Of a stretch of 64,000 bases of DNA, positions 37,639 through 51,550 are shown one piece after another. Every line of letters starts with the position of its first letter. The first letter of the stretch is position 1. Position numbers and translations under genes: made by a program. The notes under the pieces were generated by a model. It did not search any database. It saw only the letters and a list, made by a program, of their open reading frames with translations, and had not been told where the DNA came from. Source of the DNA: the human T2T-CHM13v2.0 reference genome, Homo sapiens; the NCBI RefSeq assembly GCF_009914755.1, contig NC_060939.1; one strand, written 5' to 3'.

Positions 37639-39806
37639 ATACATTCCTGGAGGATGCCAGATTTACCCCTGTCTATCTCCTTATGACATCCACAATAGAC
37701 TGTCCTTATACTTGCTTCTTTTGTCTCTCTCTAAAGCATAAGTGAAACCTATGTTTTAACACATGTTCTCAAAGACATGTACCCTAAAACCCAGATAAAC
37801 AGATGCTTTGAGAATATTTTGGGTAGACAGAATTTGTTTTTATATGTTTTCTATGCATGTTGAAATTATTTTTAAAATATCAACCCTCCCTTCTCGCTTA
37901 GTAAGTACAATAATTTCATTTCATTTTCTGCTGAATACCCAAAGATGTCGTTTGTACGCATCAGCTGTTTTCATAGCCAAAGATTAAAAGTTATTGTAGT
38001 GTATGCTAAATATGTGCAGATCTCAAAATGTAACCTAGAAGTTATTTTCAAATAATTTCTTTTATATTTATATCCATATATATTTATATGTGAAAGTTTA
38101 TTAAAGAGTTTGAAAGATGAGTTTGTCTTCTAAATTCAAATGATGTCCAAAGTTTTTACTCTTCACTGGGGGAAACATCTACTATCCAAGATATGTGAAT
38201 AGCATAGCTACTAACTATACTGTAACTGTTAGCTACCATGACCCATTTGTAGAGCATAGAACAGTTCTACTGGATAGAAACAATGGTATTCATTTCAACA
38301 GAGTTCTATCTGAATAACAGTCACATACTTTCACAAAACTGTCACCTCGTGGCTTTTGTTTTGCAGTTTCAGCATTTAATATGAGGCAGTCTTTTGCTGC
38401 TGCAGTGGTAAAAACTGCCACATTAAAGTTGGGAGGTGAGAGTTTTGTGACACCTGGAGGCACCTGGATCACAGAAATGGAGTTTCTAAAGAGGTAGCCA
38501 AAATGTTGTCTGGAAATATGGAAAATTTGCAAAATAATTTTTAGGAAAAAATGAACAACATGAAAAAGAAATACAATAAAAAACTTTAAAAGTTTTTTTA
38601 AATTATTTTCAAAAATTTGAGGAAGAAATAACTAATCTTTGGAGTTATAGTAGCACTAATAGCTTTATAAAAGGACATGCTAGTAGAAAAAAATAAGCTC
38701 TAGCATGCACCATGAAGAGGAAGAAAAGAAAAAAATTTGGCATCTGAATTCAACTCTTCATGCATTTTATTAGGTCAATGCATGGCTTTAGGAAAGGAAG
38801 GAAAATGTGTCCTGTGGAAATAGGGAATGGTATTCACTGTGTTCACAGATCTGGCTTCTGTCTCTAACTTCAACATTTCTCTAATTTTTATTGATGGGGC
38901 CAGATGATCACCACCTGCTGGCTGAGTTCTTCTCAGAGTCTAAGATAATGTTGATCCTCAAGCAAATTCCTTTTATCTTGACAGCTCAACTATCCTATCT
39001 TCCTGTTTATATCATCTATACTAATATTTTAATTCAGTCTCAGACACCAGACACCGGCCTTGTTCTTTGTGGACAAAACTACTATTTGGTGTCCTAGGTC
39101 CAGTAAATGGGTCCATGCCATTTGTCTTGTTTCTCCAGGACTGGAGTCTGACTCTGGTCCTCCTGAGCCCCAAAGCGTGTGTCAGTTCTCCAGTTCCCCT
39201 CTTCCCTAACTTCTGTGATGCCAACTCTTTCTCTAGGCACCTCCATGCTAGGCCTGCTGTGCCTGCTATTAGACTCTCTTGACCCTGTGCCCTGCCCATC
39301 TGCCAAGGTATTCACCTGATATCTGATTTTCAATGACTGTCATCAGTTTGCCAAAGCTGAGACTCCCTTTATCTTGTCTGTCTGTGAGATTTGCACCAAC
39401 TTACTGTCCTACCAAACATTAATTGTGAGATTGACTACAAAGGAATTCAAGAGAAGGAAGAGTACAACTTAAAAGAGTTTTAACTCCAAGAACTAAAGAT
39501 TCAATGTCTCCCCGGAGCCCAGCCAAAGGAGCACTATAATGCAAGCAGAGACCTTATGAGAAAGATGACCTTAGACCAAAGGAGCAGACGCTACCCATGC
39601 TAATTTCCAACGGCTGCTAAAGAGATAATCTTTAATTCCTCTTCAGCTCAATTTAATTGAATAAGCTAGAAATGAGAAAACAAAGAAGGAAAATGCTATG
39701 AAGTTTTTAGAATATAGGCTGAAATAATGTTTTACATTTTCAAATTTCTCTTATGTACGTGCATCATTTCACCTGCCTTGTAAATATCCTGGGTGTTAGA
39801 TAGGTC

Positions 39807-40208
39807 AAGAATGATTAAGAAAATGTGGCACATATACACCATGGAATACTATGCAGCCATAAAAAATGATGAGTTCATGTCCTTTGTAGGGACATGGATG
39901 AAATTGGAAATCATCATTCTCAGTAAACTATCGCAAGAACGAAAAACCAAACACCACATATTCTCACTCACAGGTGGGAATTGAATAATGAGAACACATG
40001 GACACAAGAAGGGGAACATCACGCTCTGGGGACTGTTGTGGGGTGGGGAGAGGTGGGAGGGATAGCATTGGGAGATATACCTAATGCTAGATGACGAGTT
40101 AGTGGGTGCAGCACACCAGCATGTCACATGTATACATATGTAACTAACCTGCACATTGTGCACATGTACCCTAAAACTTAAAGTATAATAATAAAAAAAG
40201 AATGATTA
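39807..40208 (+). mobile_element. Young 5'-truncated L1PA2-like stub with 11-bp TSD
   Basis: 3' UTR ctaatgctagatgacGAGttagtgggtgcagc (GAG rather than the L1HS-Ta ACA) and aaaacttaaagtat. TSD aagaatgatta at 39807-39817 and 40198-40208. Confidence 0.92.
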
Positions 40209-43200
40209 TTCACCTTTGATAATAGAGAAAATTAAAAGTGAAGAGATTTCAGTTGTTTTTCCGAGGCCATAGCTCTGCTAGTAATTGGCAGAGCTGAGAA
40301 AGGACTCCAAATTCTAAAGCCAGTGTCCTTGCTTCTATGTCACATTTTTTCAATCAGTATGTACGAAGTTTAAGTAAAATGTAGCAGGCTAAAAGGGATA
40401 CTTCTTCAAAGAGATTACTTCTTGCTATATTAAAATACCACGTCAATTACTTAGATTATTTTCTAATTATTTTAAAATAATGTAAAACCTTTCAGCCTCT
40501 ATACAATATTGATGAAAATATTAACTTTTCTAAATATTAAAACTTTAATTGGACTGGAACTATTTTATAACACCAGTCACATGTAGCTTCTATTATAAGT
40601 CAAGAGTGTCAAATATGGCAGGAGTAACAAAAATTATGATCATCTGCTGCAGGTAGGATGGTTGGGCTTTGAGACATTCCATTTACCCGGAAAAGCAACC
40701 AAATCAACAATGTTTGAAAGTAAAAGTAGAAAAGTGGCAGCTATGAGACAGATAATCAGTCACCCAATCTATATGTGCAAACTAATAGGGAGGCCAATAG
40801 GGAAACTTTAAAGGCGTTCTAGCTGGACTTTGAGTTCCAACCCCATATCTCAAGAAGACTCAGGACTGACATGAGATTCCCCTAAATGTAGATTTCTTTC
40901 AAAGAGAAATAGCAGTTACACTTTGACCTGAAAAAATGCTGAATGATTTAATTTTTAAATTCCCCCAGAACCCCTGTTATATGGGCCTGAACATGACACT
41001 ACATTATATGTTGCAAATATATTTGGCTTCATGCAGTGGCAATACTGAGGTTTCTCCAAAAACAATAAACATGTGAATCAGGACCCTCTAGAAATCTGCA
41101 TTTCTTGGTATAAGGAAAGGAATTTAACTATAAATTCAAATATAGCTTTGGAACTTATTACTTTCTTATTTAATCCTAGATAATACCATTTCTTATGTTC
41201 AGGACTCCAGGCAAACATAAGAGCATGGTGATGAACCACATTTTATTCCTCTGTGTTTCTTACCCTCGCAGAGGTTCTGCCCTATCCTGCTATCTCCATT
41301 GTCCATGGGGTGATTCCAAGGGCTTTTTCTCAGCATCTTCTTTTCACCATTACAAGTATAGCTTTTGCCTTGGTTAAAATCCAGCTACTCATGAGAAGAA
41401 CAAAATAACCTACCTAGTTTAGAGGATTGCAATTCAAATATCATTATTTGAGAGCTTACTGTAGGTAGAAAATATGGTGAGCAATGAGGAGGTGGTTGGA
41501 GATGAGAGCACCTGCCTTTGACTTGGGAACAAAAACATCTATAGTCAGCAAAATAATTGTGATCAAAGGATGGGGGAGGGCAGAGAGGGTGATGAATTTT
41601 CTCTGAATTTCCAGGGAAAAGCTTCCCAGAGAAGGACATTTGGGGATGTAGAGGATAAAGAGGGAAAAAACAATGGGAGAAAGACATTGCAGGCCTATAG
41701 AAAACACAGCATGAGTGACCGAAGAGAAGGCATTGGCCGGCATGAAAACTTTAAATAGTCTAGTGTAGAAGAACTGATCATGACTGGCTGAGTATCACAG
41801 GGAATGAAAGAGGAACATTGGATTGGAGCCAGCATGCTGCGGCTTAAACACCAAAGTAAAGAATCTCAACTTTAGTTTGTCAGCAAAAGAGAAACACTGA
41901 AATATTTTATGGGCGGGAAGAACATATTATGATGTGTAAAAGAGGACTCCAGTTGTGGTAGAAAATAATTTTTTAAAATATCTGTCAAATAATTTCTAAA
42001 AAAAGAAAACTTTAGTGGCTAACCTCTAAAATTATAAAGTTAAGGTGGGTTATGATTATATCTAAGTCTGCAAAATGAGCTGTCTGCCTGGATTTGCCGA
42101 AAATATGATACAGGTGTTGGAAAGAACAAAGTAATGATGGAAAATTGCTACCAAAATAGTATATTTAACAAAAAAAGGGAATTCTTCTTATAATCTTGTA
42201 AGGAAACAATAGCATGTTCCCATGAGTCAGTAAAAATATTATATTGTGCAAGATCTTCAATCTTGAAAAGTTTGAAGAGTTAGAAGAATTCAGAGAGTTT
42301 TATTGGGATTATAAAAAAATAGCTTGCCAAGCATGCAGGCAATATTTTTCCTGATTTTTTAAAATTTAGCAGTACTATTTTTTTTTTGCCTCTCAAATCA
42401 CAACCAGGTCTCAAGTGCTTTATTTTCTGAAAAGTCATGAAGAAAAAGAAAATCTAGTTATTTTTCAAGATAGAGAAAATGATACTTCATATATAGCTCC
42501 TTCCTACCCCCGCGGTGATAATAGTGCTCCTTATCACACATCCTGACATTTGTGACACCAATGTATTAATGTATCTAGGGTGGAAGCCTTTACAAATGTC
42601 ATAAGGTGGCTATGAATTACAAAAGTAAATAAAATACTGGAAACTACATGGGAAATTATACCACTAACAAGTATAATATCAGGATAGGAGGTGATTAAGA
42701 GAGAGAGAGAGAAAGACACCAATGTGCAAATTATTCTCCTCTCCTATGGAAATAATACTACTACTTAAAAGATTATTGAAAGAAAATTACATGAGTCATC
42801 ACATACAAAGCAATTAAAGCAGGCATATAGAAAACGCTTCACAAATATTAAGTTGTCACTTATATTGCCTGATGATTGGTTCATTTTGGAGGCTTCTCTT
42901 TCTACTCTTAAGCCCAAGACCCCACATACTCTACTGCAACCAGTGTGTTTCTTTTTTCCTCCTTTCCCAATAAACCCTTAATTCCCTCTCAAAGGAGCTG
43001 ACTATTAAATCTGACTCTTTTCCCCAAGCAATAGTTCAAATCCTTAAGGCTTTGTTCTCTGGCCTTTTGGATTCCTGGGCCCAGCACTTTTTCCCTATAA
43101 GAGCACAGCCCTGGTTAGATTCTTTAACACCTGAGACTCCCCTTTGAGAAGCAGTGCTGTTCATTCTCTCCGGGAGTTTCTAGTCCAGATTAAAAGCTGA

Positions 43201-46200
43201 GAGAGGTACATTGAAAATGAAATAATGATACATGTTAACTTATAACAGTGTAAGAGATGGAACAGGTGATCCAAATACTAATTGAGGGAAACAGATTAAA
43301 AATATCATAAAGTTTTAGAGGATGTGATCAACCAGTATGGACTCGAGATCAGGAAAAGCTGCAATGGTCTTGAAAGACAGATGGGCGTTTACAGGCTGGA
43401 TAGAAAGTTTTTTTTTGGAGGAAGACTCATGACATGAACATCAACAGGAAAAAGGAATTTCACCAGGGAAAGGCACAAGACAAGAAGGCTTGGAGGCAGT
43501 GAGTAGACTACTCTGTGGACTGGCCTGGACTTAACTAGGTGTTTGCATAATGAAGCAGTGTAAAATGAGGTTGATGGGAAATGTTTAGGTTGAAAATACA
43601 GAGGTCCTTTTGTGCCCTCAGTATATTTCATAAAAGAGGATTCATCGATGATTTTAAAAGGTTATGCTAAAGTCATTTCACCAATAGGGAATCTTAAGGA
43701 AATGCACAAATTAGATTGCATAGTTCAAGATTGTAGCCAGAGATTTGAGTTCCAGTTATTTAGTTCATAAGATGATGAGAGCTATCAGCAAGGTGGTGGC
43801 TTTAGGAGGAGAAAGGGAAAGATGGATATGAGTGACACAAGCCAGGGAGAGTTGTTGGAACTTGGCAACTGAATATGGGGCAAAAAGGAAAAGGAGCCCA
43901 AAATGCCTCAGAGATTTCAGCCCCAGCGACTGAGAAAGCATGGTTCCACCAAGAAAAATGGGAGACAGCCAGGAAGGCTATTTTCCTAGTGCCATGTTGG
44001 AGTTAGATGCAATGGCAGGAATGTGGAAATCAATATTTAAGAACCTGCTTGAGATAGGGGCTGATGCTTAAAACCCAATGCTGAGTTCTATTTGAGTTCT
44101 ATGTTATTCTGCCAATTAAATATATTTCTTACAATTGGAAAGAACTCCAGCATTCACATAGCTCTTCCAGTTAGAGTAATCACCATTTGACAACACCAAA
44201 GGTAGAATGGATATTTCTGCTACCATTCTATAAATGAATTAACTGATAGCCTAAGAGGTTAAATAAATTATGCAAAAGTCTGACTGTATAGGGGACAGAT
44301 GAAGAATTATATTTTCTAGCATATTATAAGGATCAGAGAATCAAAGAGGTTAAGAGGATTCTAGACTCTCAGAATTGGAAACATGACTGAGCATCTCCCA
44401 CTCTTGCCACGTCATCTACAATGTTGTCCGCACATGGTCTTCCGGCCACCACTTAATAGCAGCCAGTGACGGGACCTCACTAACTTACAAGTGGAAGTTT
44501 TGATTTTTAAGATGCATTATTATTGGAAATTTTTGATGAATGTGTCAAAGAAAAATCTGCTCTCCTGCTATGTATTGGTGCTCCTTCTGTTCTTTGGAAC
44601 TACTATAAAATTATTCTGTTCCCTTTTCTGTGTGATAGACTTTCAGATATCGAAGAAAACTATCATGCCATCCTATATCATCTGAAGCTGTTTATTGAAT
44701 AACATGCCTTGTAGACCTTATGAAATTCTGGTCATCTATTTTTAAAAGGCCTCCACTTTTCATATTTCTTATAAATGATGAAGCCCAAGAATGAACTTAA
44801 TATACCAGATGTGTTCTAACCAATGAAGAATGTTCCTGCCTTACCAAACCCTTATACTTGACCTGTCTACCTCTGTTGATGCATGGTCAGATTTCACTTG
44901 CTTTAATAGCTGCCTTCTCACTTATGAAATCATGTTGAATTTGAAAGCAAATAAATCTTTATGACTTTTAAAAATTTTCTGTTGTTAAGCCACATCACCC
45001 CTATTCTGTACTTTGTGGTAAACATGAATATTGATATGTATTATGAATTCTGGCTTTTTACTTTCCTCTTTGCCATCTCATTCTAGAAATGTAGACCCAG
45101 CATTCCAGACTACCGGGACCCTTCTAAAGCCAAATTTTGTCATCCAATGTAACAACTTTAAGCTTCAGCTCAATTGCATATCTGTCAAACATGCTTTCTG
45201 CCTTTGTTTTTTTAAGTCCATAGCAAAAATATCAGCCATGATAGAGAGGAAGAGAGAATGTCATCCAGCTAATGTCTTTATCCTTCTTTGCACTAAATGA
45301 CCAACTCCTCCATAGTCCTTCAACTGAGAGGTTACAAATTCTTTTCTTCAATAAGGAGGAAATGACCTGTCCTAACTGTTTTTTGCCCATTTTTTCCTGC
45401 TACATTAGGCCAGTCTAAGTAAAACATCTGAACAAATCAAACTGAAGTTTCTTACATTATACTGCAGGCCATAGAGGAATTACAAGAAACCAAGTCTTGG
45501 TCTTTTGTTTAGAATCAATGGAAAATAATGCACTTTTCACATATTTAATGTTTTCATTTTACTGGGCTTTAAACCCCACATTTACAAATTCCTTTCTAGC
45601 ATGTTATCCCCCAACAAAATGCCCATTATAATGAGTAGTAATCAACTATACTGCACTGAGCTATGGATAGTGGGTTTTGTCTAATAATTAAGATATTTAC
45701 TTCCATACATCACCCTCACATTTATATCCTTCAAACCCAAGCCTCAGCAAAATGCAGATTCTACTCTCCAGTTCCTTCAGAGTCATGGGCACAGAGTCAA
45801 ATTTGAATGTAAAATCTCTGAATGCCAAGGTCCATGTAATAACTGCAGCCCCCTTTCTCCTGATTATCTGTGCCAGTAAGGTAACCAGACTGGTGCTCTT
45901 ATATGCTGTCATTCCAGGTTTTGAACACTGTGTGAAAGGTTTTCATAAAGTAGAATTCTCGTCAAGTTTGCATTTGCATAACCATAGAAATCACCTTCTT
46001 CACTGTTGAAGTGAGGAGCCTATGGCGTATGTTATTTGTCTGTGTCCATTGAATGGGATATTTTCATTCTTACCACCTGGCAATTTGTTTTCTCTTCTGA
46101 CATAGCTACCCTCTGTCCTGGGTTTCTGTCTCGGGACATTTCATATTGTAAAATGCACTCAAAAGACAAAGACATTAGTTTCTGCCCTTAAAAAACTTCT

Positions 46201-49200
46201 GTTCAGTAAATATCCTGCTAGAGACTTTAACGGAATAACAAGTAAAACTCTATGGCTAAAAAAGAGGAAGTCAGTTGAGTATCGTAATCTAAAACTTTAG
46301 GGACCTTTGGGTTTTCCTCATGTACAAGCACACACCTTATTTATGATTTCATTTCCTGATTAGTCCCCAAAGTCCCAGAGTTCTACAAAATAATGCCTTA
46401 GGATTAAAAACATGCCTTTCTATAAAACTATTTTAAAAGATTCAAGCACAAATACAGTTTATGCTTTCATAGCTTAACTCTTTTTACCTTCTCCTATGAA
46501 GCTTTCTAGGCCCTCAACAATATCTCAATTATATGAAGTTCAGTGACATTCTTCTGTTCTTGGGTTTCCCAAATCATATTTCATGGAACACTTGTATTCC
46601 CAAAAGTATTAGCCCAGTGATATAGGTGTCCTATGGCCTAATAATTTTAGCAACAAGGTATATTAATAAACGATCACACAGATCTCTTTACCACAGTATG
46701 CCTCAGAGCCTCTACCATGTTAATAAGCGTTGGGAATTTTTAGGAGTGCAGTGTCATCTCTTAACTTCCATAGGCCCTCTACTACCTAGAGGCAGCACAA
46801 GTTTAGTGATGGGTATAGAATAACAGTGGAAAACAGTATTTTTAAAACTATGTCTGAATTATACTTGGAGAACTACAAACACTTTAGTTCTCCTTAGATA
46901 GTGCCGAGACTCCCAGGGTTTGTCTTGGTTACTTGGTGGGATTGTCCTCTGTCTCTAGTTCATGAGGGTGAATTACCTACTGGCTGCTAAAGTTAAAAAC
47001 AACAGTACTTAAAAACTCATAACCACCAAAGATGTCACTTCTTTGGAAGCCTTTGCTGGCTCCTTAGATAACAGAATTGCATGCCTCCCCCATTATCTGT
47101 ATTTTCAAATCATTTTTCTAACACCTGCAATGTATTGTTGAAGTCATTTGTTTAAATGTTGGTTACATTTCCTACTAGATCATAATCCCTTTTGGAGCAA
47201 CCACTGTGTCTCTTTTGCTTTATAATGTTAGCATCCAGCACAAGGTCTGGCTCATGATACAGATTTAATAAATATTTATTAAAGAAAAGAGGGAGAAAAC
47301 AGGTGGCACAGCAGACACTACCACAGATGCTGTCAAGTATTAAGGTGACTGAAGAATCCACAGTGCAATCTTACAAATTAGACAGTAAATCCTGTGGTCA
47401 TCCTTATAAATGCTGTCACTCATACTACTTTATATACACTGTTAAAGAACAGTTTTTAAAAGAGAGTATAATTGTGATATCCATGCAGTTATAAAATGTG
47501 TCAAAATGTTATTCATCAATTAGTGAGAGAACCAGGTAAGATGTTACTACTGTCTCAAAGGAGAATTCCAGAAACCAAGCATATACAAGCAATAAGAAAA
47601 GCTGGAATAGAGGCAAGACAGATTTATCCGCAAAGCAATATTCAGTTTTATTCCACCCAAAATAATTAATTTGTATTACTAGGGACAAAAATCATCTATA
47701 CTATTATTATTAATTTTCTACAATTTATAGAGTTTTAAAGTAGCCCAAGGACAATGAAAAGTGAAAATAACGCAAATGTGTATCATAGACAGAATATCCA
47801 CTAATCTTTTCTGCTCCTTTTTCCCCAGAAGTGGCAAATTTTCATTTTATCAGTTTTGGTTTTCCTTCCCTCTCTTCCTCCTCCTCTTCCTGCTCCTCCT
47901 CGTCCTCTTTTATTATAATCATCTATCACTTTTGCTCAGGTTTTATAAGACTGGGGCTTACCTGAGAAATATTAAGAGAGAAAGTGCCTTCCTTTCCAGA
48001 GTTCCCCCCCTACTCTTGGCTCAGTTTCTAGCATTGCTCTTTACTCTCAGGCACAGTTATTTCTTTGGATGGCTCCTTGATTCATTATGTAAACAGTCCT
48101 CCAGAGAGCACCCCACCACCCTTCTAGGTGATACAGAGTCAAGACCAATCTATATTTATGTGTATCCCCCTCAATACATCCATGAAATCTTTTTTCCATC
48201 CTTAAATACTGTGTTTCTCAAAGAAAGGAATTGTCATATTTTTTCATCCATTAAGGCACCTGAAACAGTTCTGGACTAATAGTCCTCTAAATACTTTCTT
48301 CATGTGAAAATGTTTTAACATTCTTTATAAGATCCAGGTGTAGAACAATTTAAAACTTATGTTTTGTCTTTTACTAAAGAGAAGACATTTTTTCTGTGCC
48401 TCCTTTTCATAGCATATGTAGTTTTTGCCAAAGCCTGTGTTTTCACAGAGCACCTAGCTAGAATCAGTAAATGGAATTTCAAAGGACCATAGGTTTCTTT
48501 CTGCCTGGGGAGGGTATCTATAATTGTACCAGTGTTTCTTAAGTTTAAATCCCATTTGCCTAATTTCTCTGGCCTACACCCTGAATCTCCTCTACAGTAT
48601 ACTCTCGGAAAGTACAACCAGATGCTAGCTAATACCCATAAAATTTTTCTGCATCTCCCCTTGAATAGGGAAAAAAAAACTGAGAAAATCAGCTCATTGA
48701 AATGTCTTGCCTGAGAAATTCTTAAGGAGTGGGAAAGAAGAATGACACATACCCATTTAGGAGAGCGTCTCTGAATAATTTCTTGAGCTTCTTTGACATA
48801 TTTCGTTCTGTGCTAATTATAGATCACAGTGAGCCACAGTTACTAGTGAGTGCTTTGTTTCCTCTAGCATTGTTGGTACGGGAAGAGAGAAAGAGAACCG
48901 TTTATCTAAACTTAATAGAATGTTATAAATCTATTATCATTTATAAACAGGTAGAAAAAAACATCCTTAGTTCTATCATATATCTCTAGACAGTCTGCAT
49001 TTCCAAGAGATGTCTGTCTGTGCATAACACTTGTAGTATGAAAAATGCTAACATCCCTCAGTGACCATATTTATTGTCAATTACCATATATCTTCTCTAT
49101 TATCTTATTTATAAATATTGGAAAATTTTGAGTTTGGTTGAATAAAAATAGCAAAAAAAAGTATTATTATATTTATCAGACACAAAGTTCAAGGGGTGTT

Positions 49201-49736
49201 GGATTTCCAAGGACCACTCTGCTTCGTCAGGTTGGCCTATATCTGCACCACTGTGTGATTAGAGGATGGGGCAGATGGAGTGGCAGACACCTGACCTAGA
49301 ATCTCAAACTGGTATCTGGAAAATATGTGGCCGGAAGCTACCTTCCCTGTGAAATTTTGACAACCCTTGGTATTTTTCTCATATTCAAGAAACAGAAGTC
49401 AATAACCAGGTTGATAATTGTTACCTAAACCTGTCATTCTATAAGGATTCTGACTGCTACATCAGCATGATCTCATTTGTTTAAAATCTTGCATAAGAGA
49501 TAAAGGCTTAGGCCTTCTGGGATATGAGGTCTGTGATGTTGAGTGTCATTTCAGAGATGTCTAGGGACCTGAATTAGACGTTAATAACTTAGCAATGGGA
49601 AAATGATGGAACCATTTTTTTGTATCTTGCATTGATCAAATTGTATTATTCCATTTGAGCTTCTCTATTAGAGTAATAAATTCTGTCTTCCAATACTTCT
49701 CTCTAAATGCCTCGGCTTATTTTTTTTTCTTTGTAG

Positions 49737-49884
49737 CAATACTTTCATGCAGGAGGAAATGGCCTGAAAAAGAATTTCTTGGAGAAAAGCCCAGATCTTC
49801 AGTCTCTGAGATATGCTCTCAGTCTTTATACCCAAACTACTGATGCCTTGATAAAGAAATTCATAGATACTCAAACCTCACAGA
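49737..49884 (+). CDS. UNC13C: UNC13C coding exon F (148 bp, phase 0 to 1): [49 protein letters not shown]
   Basis: Acceptor tttttttctttgtag| and donor CAGA|gtaagt. Contains the hallmark Munc13 motif [32 protein letters not shown]. No downstream C2C exon was found in the window. Confidence 0.97.
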
Positions 49885-51175
49885 GTAAGTAACACATAGG
49901 ACCTGAGAATAAGGTAAACTGAATACTAAAATAAAATTTAACATCAGAATTATTATACATAGTCCCAATAATTTTTTGCTGTTGTGAATTGAAGTATCAT
50001 TAAAAATGGAGAGTTATGGTTAATAGAGAATACCAATTTTTTTAGTGTTCATGAATTATAATTTTATAAATAATTTTAATAACACTAAGATGTATTTAAT
50101 ACTAAAGCTCTATGGAATGGCTGACTTGTTGGTGATTTTAACTTCCATAAAACTACTTTAAGTAAAATCTACTTTTTAATATTTATGACCAAGATATTTT
50201 CTTCAATTCAGTATAAAAGACTCAGTGGATTTCTGGTCTTGGTATCTTCCAAAAAATGATAATAATTCCCTAAATCCTAATTTCGAATGTAAAATCCCTG
50301 TGCTCTGGGGTTTCCATAAGGGAAATCTCATTTTATGCTCATTTCATATGAAAAAAATTACAAGATTTCTTTGAAACAGGCCAAGAGGCAGGCTTGTTTC
50401 ATGTGTTTCATATCTTTGAAACTCAGATATGTTTCATGTGTCAAAGTTTCCACCTCATAAGCTTCTAGGATATTACTGTTCAAAAATTTTTCTTTCAAGT
50501 TGCTTTGTGATTTATTATATTTTGGTGATTATATGCATTTAAGATCTGGCATTTCTAAGAGATTATTGAAAATGTCAGTACGAGTCAAAAGAGCCAAATG
50601 CAGGCTCAAACTTCAGAACCTAATAAAAGTTATACTACAGAAATAATAAAAGTAAGTAAGAAGACACTAACTTCATTCATGAAAGATCCTTGGAAAAGGG
50701 AACATACAGATAAGTTTTTAACTGTGATGAAAATACCCTGGACTCATCATTGTTTCCTCTTGGATACATTAATTTTTCTACCTATATCAAAGATAAAGCT
50801 AAATGTGCTAGGTAGGTAGTCTGCCTATAACACTCTGTGCTTTTTGATACTGTCCAATTAAAAACTACAATTATCCCTTTTCATATATCCCAGGTTATAC
50901 TGTGGGATATTTCCAGAAAGGGAAAAGTCGAGCTCATGAGAGATTGTCAAGAGATGCAGAAATATTCAAAACATTATTCCCTGAATGCATGCTCATGCTC
51001 CCTCAAGGTTTTCTAAACTTTATAAATACGAATACAATTCTAATATATCAAATAAATAGTGTTGTAGCTTTACTCCAAGAAAGAAATGAGTATATAAAAC
51101 TTTTGCTTCATCTTTATAGGTTTACATTTATGTGTACACCCCCCCCTCCAACACACACTCATATACATATACAGA

Positions 51176-51495
51176 CAGTCATCCCTCGGTATCCCTGGGT
51201 AATTGGTTCCAGGACGTCCCACGGATAACAAAATTTATGGATGCTCAAGTCCCGGATATAAAAATGTATAGGAGTTGCATATAACATATGCACATCCTCC
51301 CATATATTTTAAATCATCTCTAGAGTATGTAGAATATGAAAAATGTAAATGATTGTTATATAGTATTGTTTATGGAATAATAACAAGAAAAAAAGCCTAT
51401 ACATGTTCAGTACAGATGCAATTTTTAAAAATATTTTCCATCCGCAGTTGGTTGAATCTATGGATGCAGAATCCATGGATATCAAGGGCCGACTG
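51176..51495 (+). mobile_element. MER2 (TcMar-Tigger) DNA transposon
   Basis: TIRs cagtcatccctcggtatcc and ggatatcaagggccgactg. Internal ggatgctcaagtccc and gcacatcctcccatatattttaaatcatctctag. Confidence 0.9.
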
Positions 51496-51550
51496 TGTGT
51501 GTGTGTGTGCATACATCTATGTATGTTTGTTTGTGTGTGTGTGTGTGTGT
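51494..51550 (+). repeat. Interrupted (TG)n microsatellite
   Basis: (TG)8, then catacatctatgtatgtttgtt, then about (TG)9. Confidence 0.95.

Noticed and set aside
47761-48279. 172-aa ORF
   Set aside because: Starts at GTG, has low-complexity Leu/Phe content from a CT-rich tract, and shows no recognisable domain or exon context.
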